From: Bigelowiella natans CCMP2755
Lineage: Eukaryota; Protista; Cercozoa
Assembly: GCA_000320545.1 (NCBI GenBank)
Contig: ADNK01001154.1
Span: forward strand, 1 to 64,000
Length of the DNA stretch: 64,000 nt
Direction of reading: 5' to 3'
Part shown: positions 63,155 to 64,000 of the stretch, in pieces
Layout: every line of letters starts with the position of its first letter
Numbering within the stretch: position 1 is the stretch's first letter
The notes under the pieces: generated by a model
Database searches by the model: none
What the model was told of the DNA's origin: nothing
The model's input: only the letters and a program-made list of their open reading frames with translations
Made by a program: the position numbers and the translations under genes

Positions 63155-64000
63155 TCAACGTTGTGCTTTCAGGGCATTATTTGCCTCTACAATCTCCTTC
63201 GCAATTCCTTTTGTCTGCTTAATACGCCCAACCAGGGTTGTGAAATCAGCGGCTTGCTCCTCCATGCCCGGGATCTCTACCATGGTAAACACGGTCATCA
63301 ATGCTTTCTTTGTACATTCGCTAGCGCTCTCAGTCTCCCTTGAGGATACCTAAAAAAACATCGAATCGTCAGAGCAGATAGATCTCAGAGTTCATGAGGC
63401 TGAAGTTGATCGCACCTGTTTGAGGGTTATCATCTTTTTCTTGATAAAGGTCAGCAGAATCTTGTGCATCGCCTGAACCGACTTCCCTTTGCTATCGGTG
63501 ATTGGCTTCCTGGCCTTTCCAGACCCAAGATTTCTCAAGGAAGACCTCAAGCTGGGATTCTGCGTGATTTGGAAATACATGTCCCAAGTTCGCGTGACAA
63601 TGTCTTCTTCTGGATCAAGGAGACCCTGCATCGTCCACTGATAAAACTCATCCATATTCAAACGGTAGGGACAAACACGGATAATGGTAGCAAGAGTGTC
63701 GAAGGCCGCACGGCGAAGGGGCAAATGGTTATCTATTCGGATCTTCAGGGCGCCTGCATCCATAATTCTAATGAAATTCTGGTTTGGCTCGAGCTCCTGA
63801 TAGAGAGTTTGGACAACTACAGTCTCCATCAGCTTGGAATTCTCGGCTTTGTTGACGAGGTCCGTGGACTTCAACACTGCCTCAAAAGTGAGCACGGCCT
63901 GCCTGCGAACCTCAAGGTCGCTGTCTTCAAACATGCGTAGGAACTGCCCAAAACGAGTTCCGACAACCTCCTGCACCTCGTCGCTCAGAGAGTACCGCAG
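63155..64000 (-). CDS. CAND1: CAND1/TIP120-like HEAT-repeat protein, C-terminal part (5' end outside window)
   Basis: DSDLEVRRQA; LYQELEPNQNFIRIMDAGALKIRIDNHLPLRRAAFDTL resembles the TIP120 C-terminal motif LIR.V..GP.K..VD.GL..RKAAF. Confidence 0.75.

Overview
Eukaryotic nuclear DNA, gene-dense and intron-rich. It is most likely from an alga with a green secondary plastid (chlorarachniophyte-like), inferred from a signal+transit bipartite presequence on an OHP2 gene. About 16 host genes are recognisable: WD40-like protein, SLC25 carrier, 7TMIC/DUF3537-like receptor, small coiled-coil protein, kanadaptin, CDC20, mitochondrial Obg, a divergent G-alpha, a GAF-like/HPP fusion, DNAJC17, REC114/PHS1-like, OHP2, CPBP protease, DUF4345-like, NUFIP1-like, MFSD6-like and CAND1. 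The centrepiece is a young, intact Ty3/Gypsy LTR retrotransposon (10417-16132; 326-bp LTRs differing at 2 sites; 4-bp TSD AGGT). Its single Gag-Pol ORF has a shortened DD(27)E integrase and ends in a domain resembling DIRS/phage-type N6-adenine DNA methyltransferases. It is inserted in ~1.3 kb of host DNA with no TpA dinucleotide at all, followed by ~1 kb in which 18 of 19 TpA lie within CTAG. This suggests a possibly undescribed TpA->TpG/CpA ('reverse-RIP', A-to-G) hypermutation process acting on repeat/intergenic DNA. A second, mosaic copy of the element (46049-46743) also sits in TpA-free DNA. All calls were made by eye; no database searches were run.
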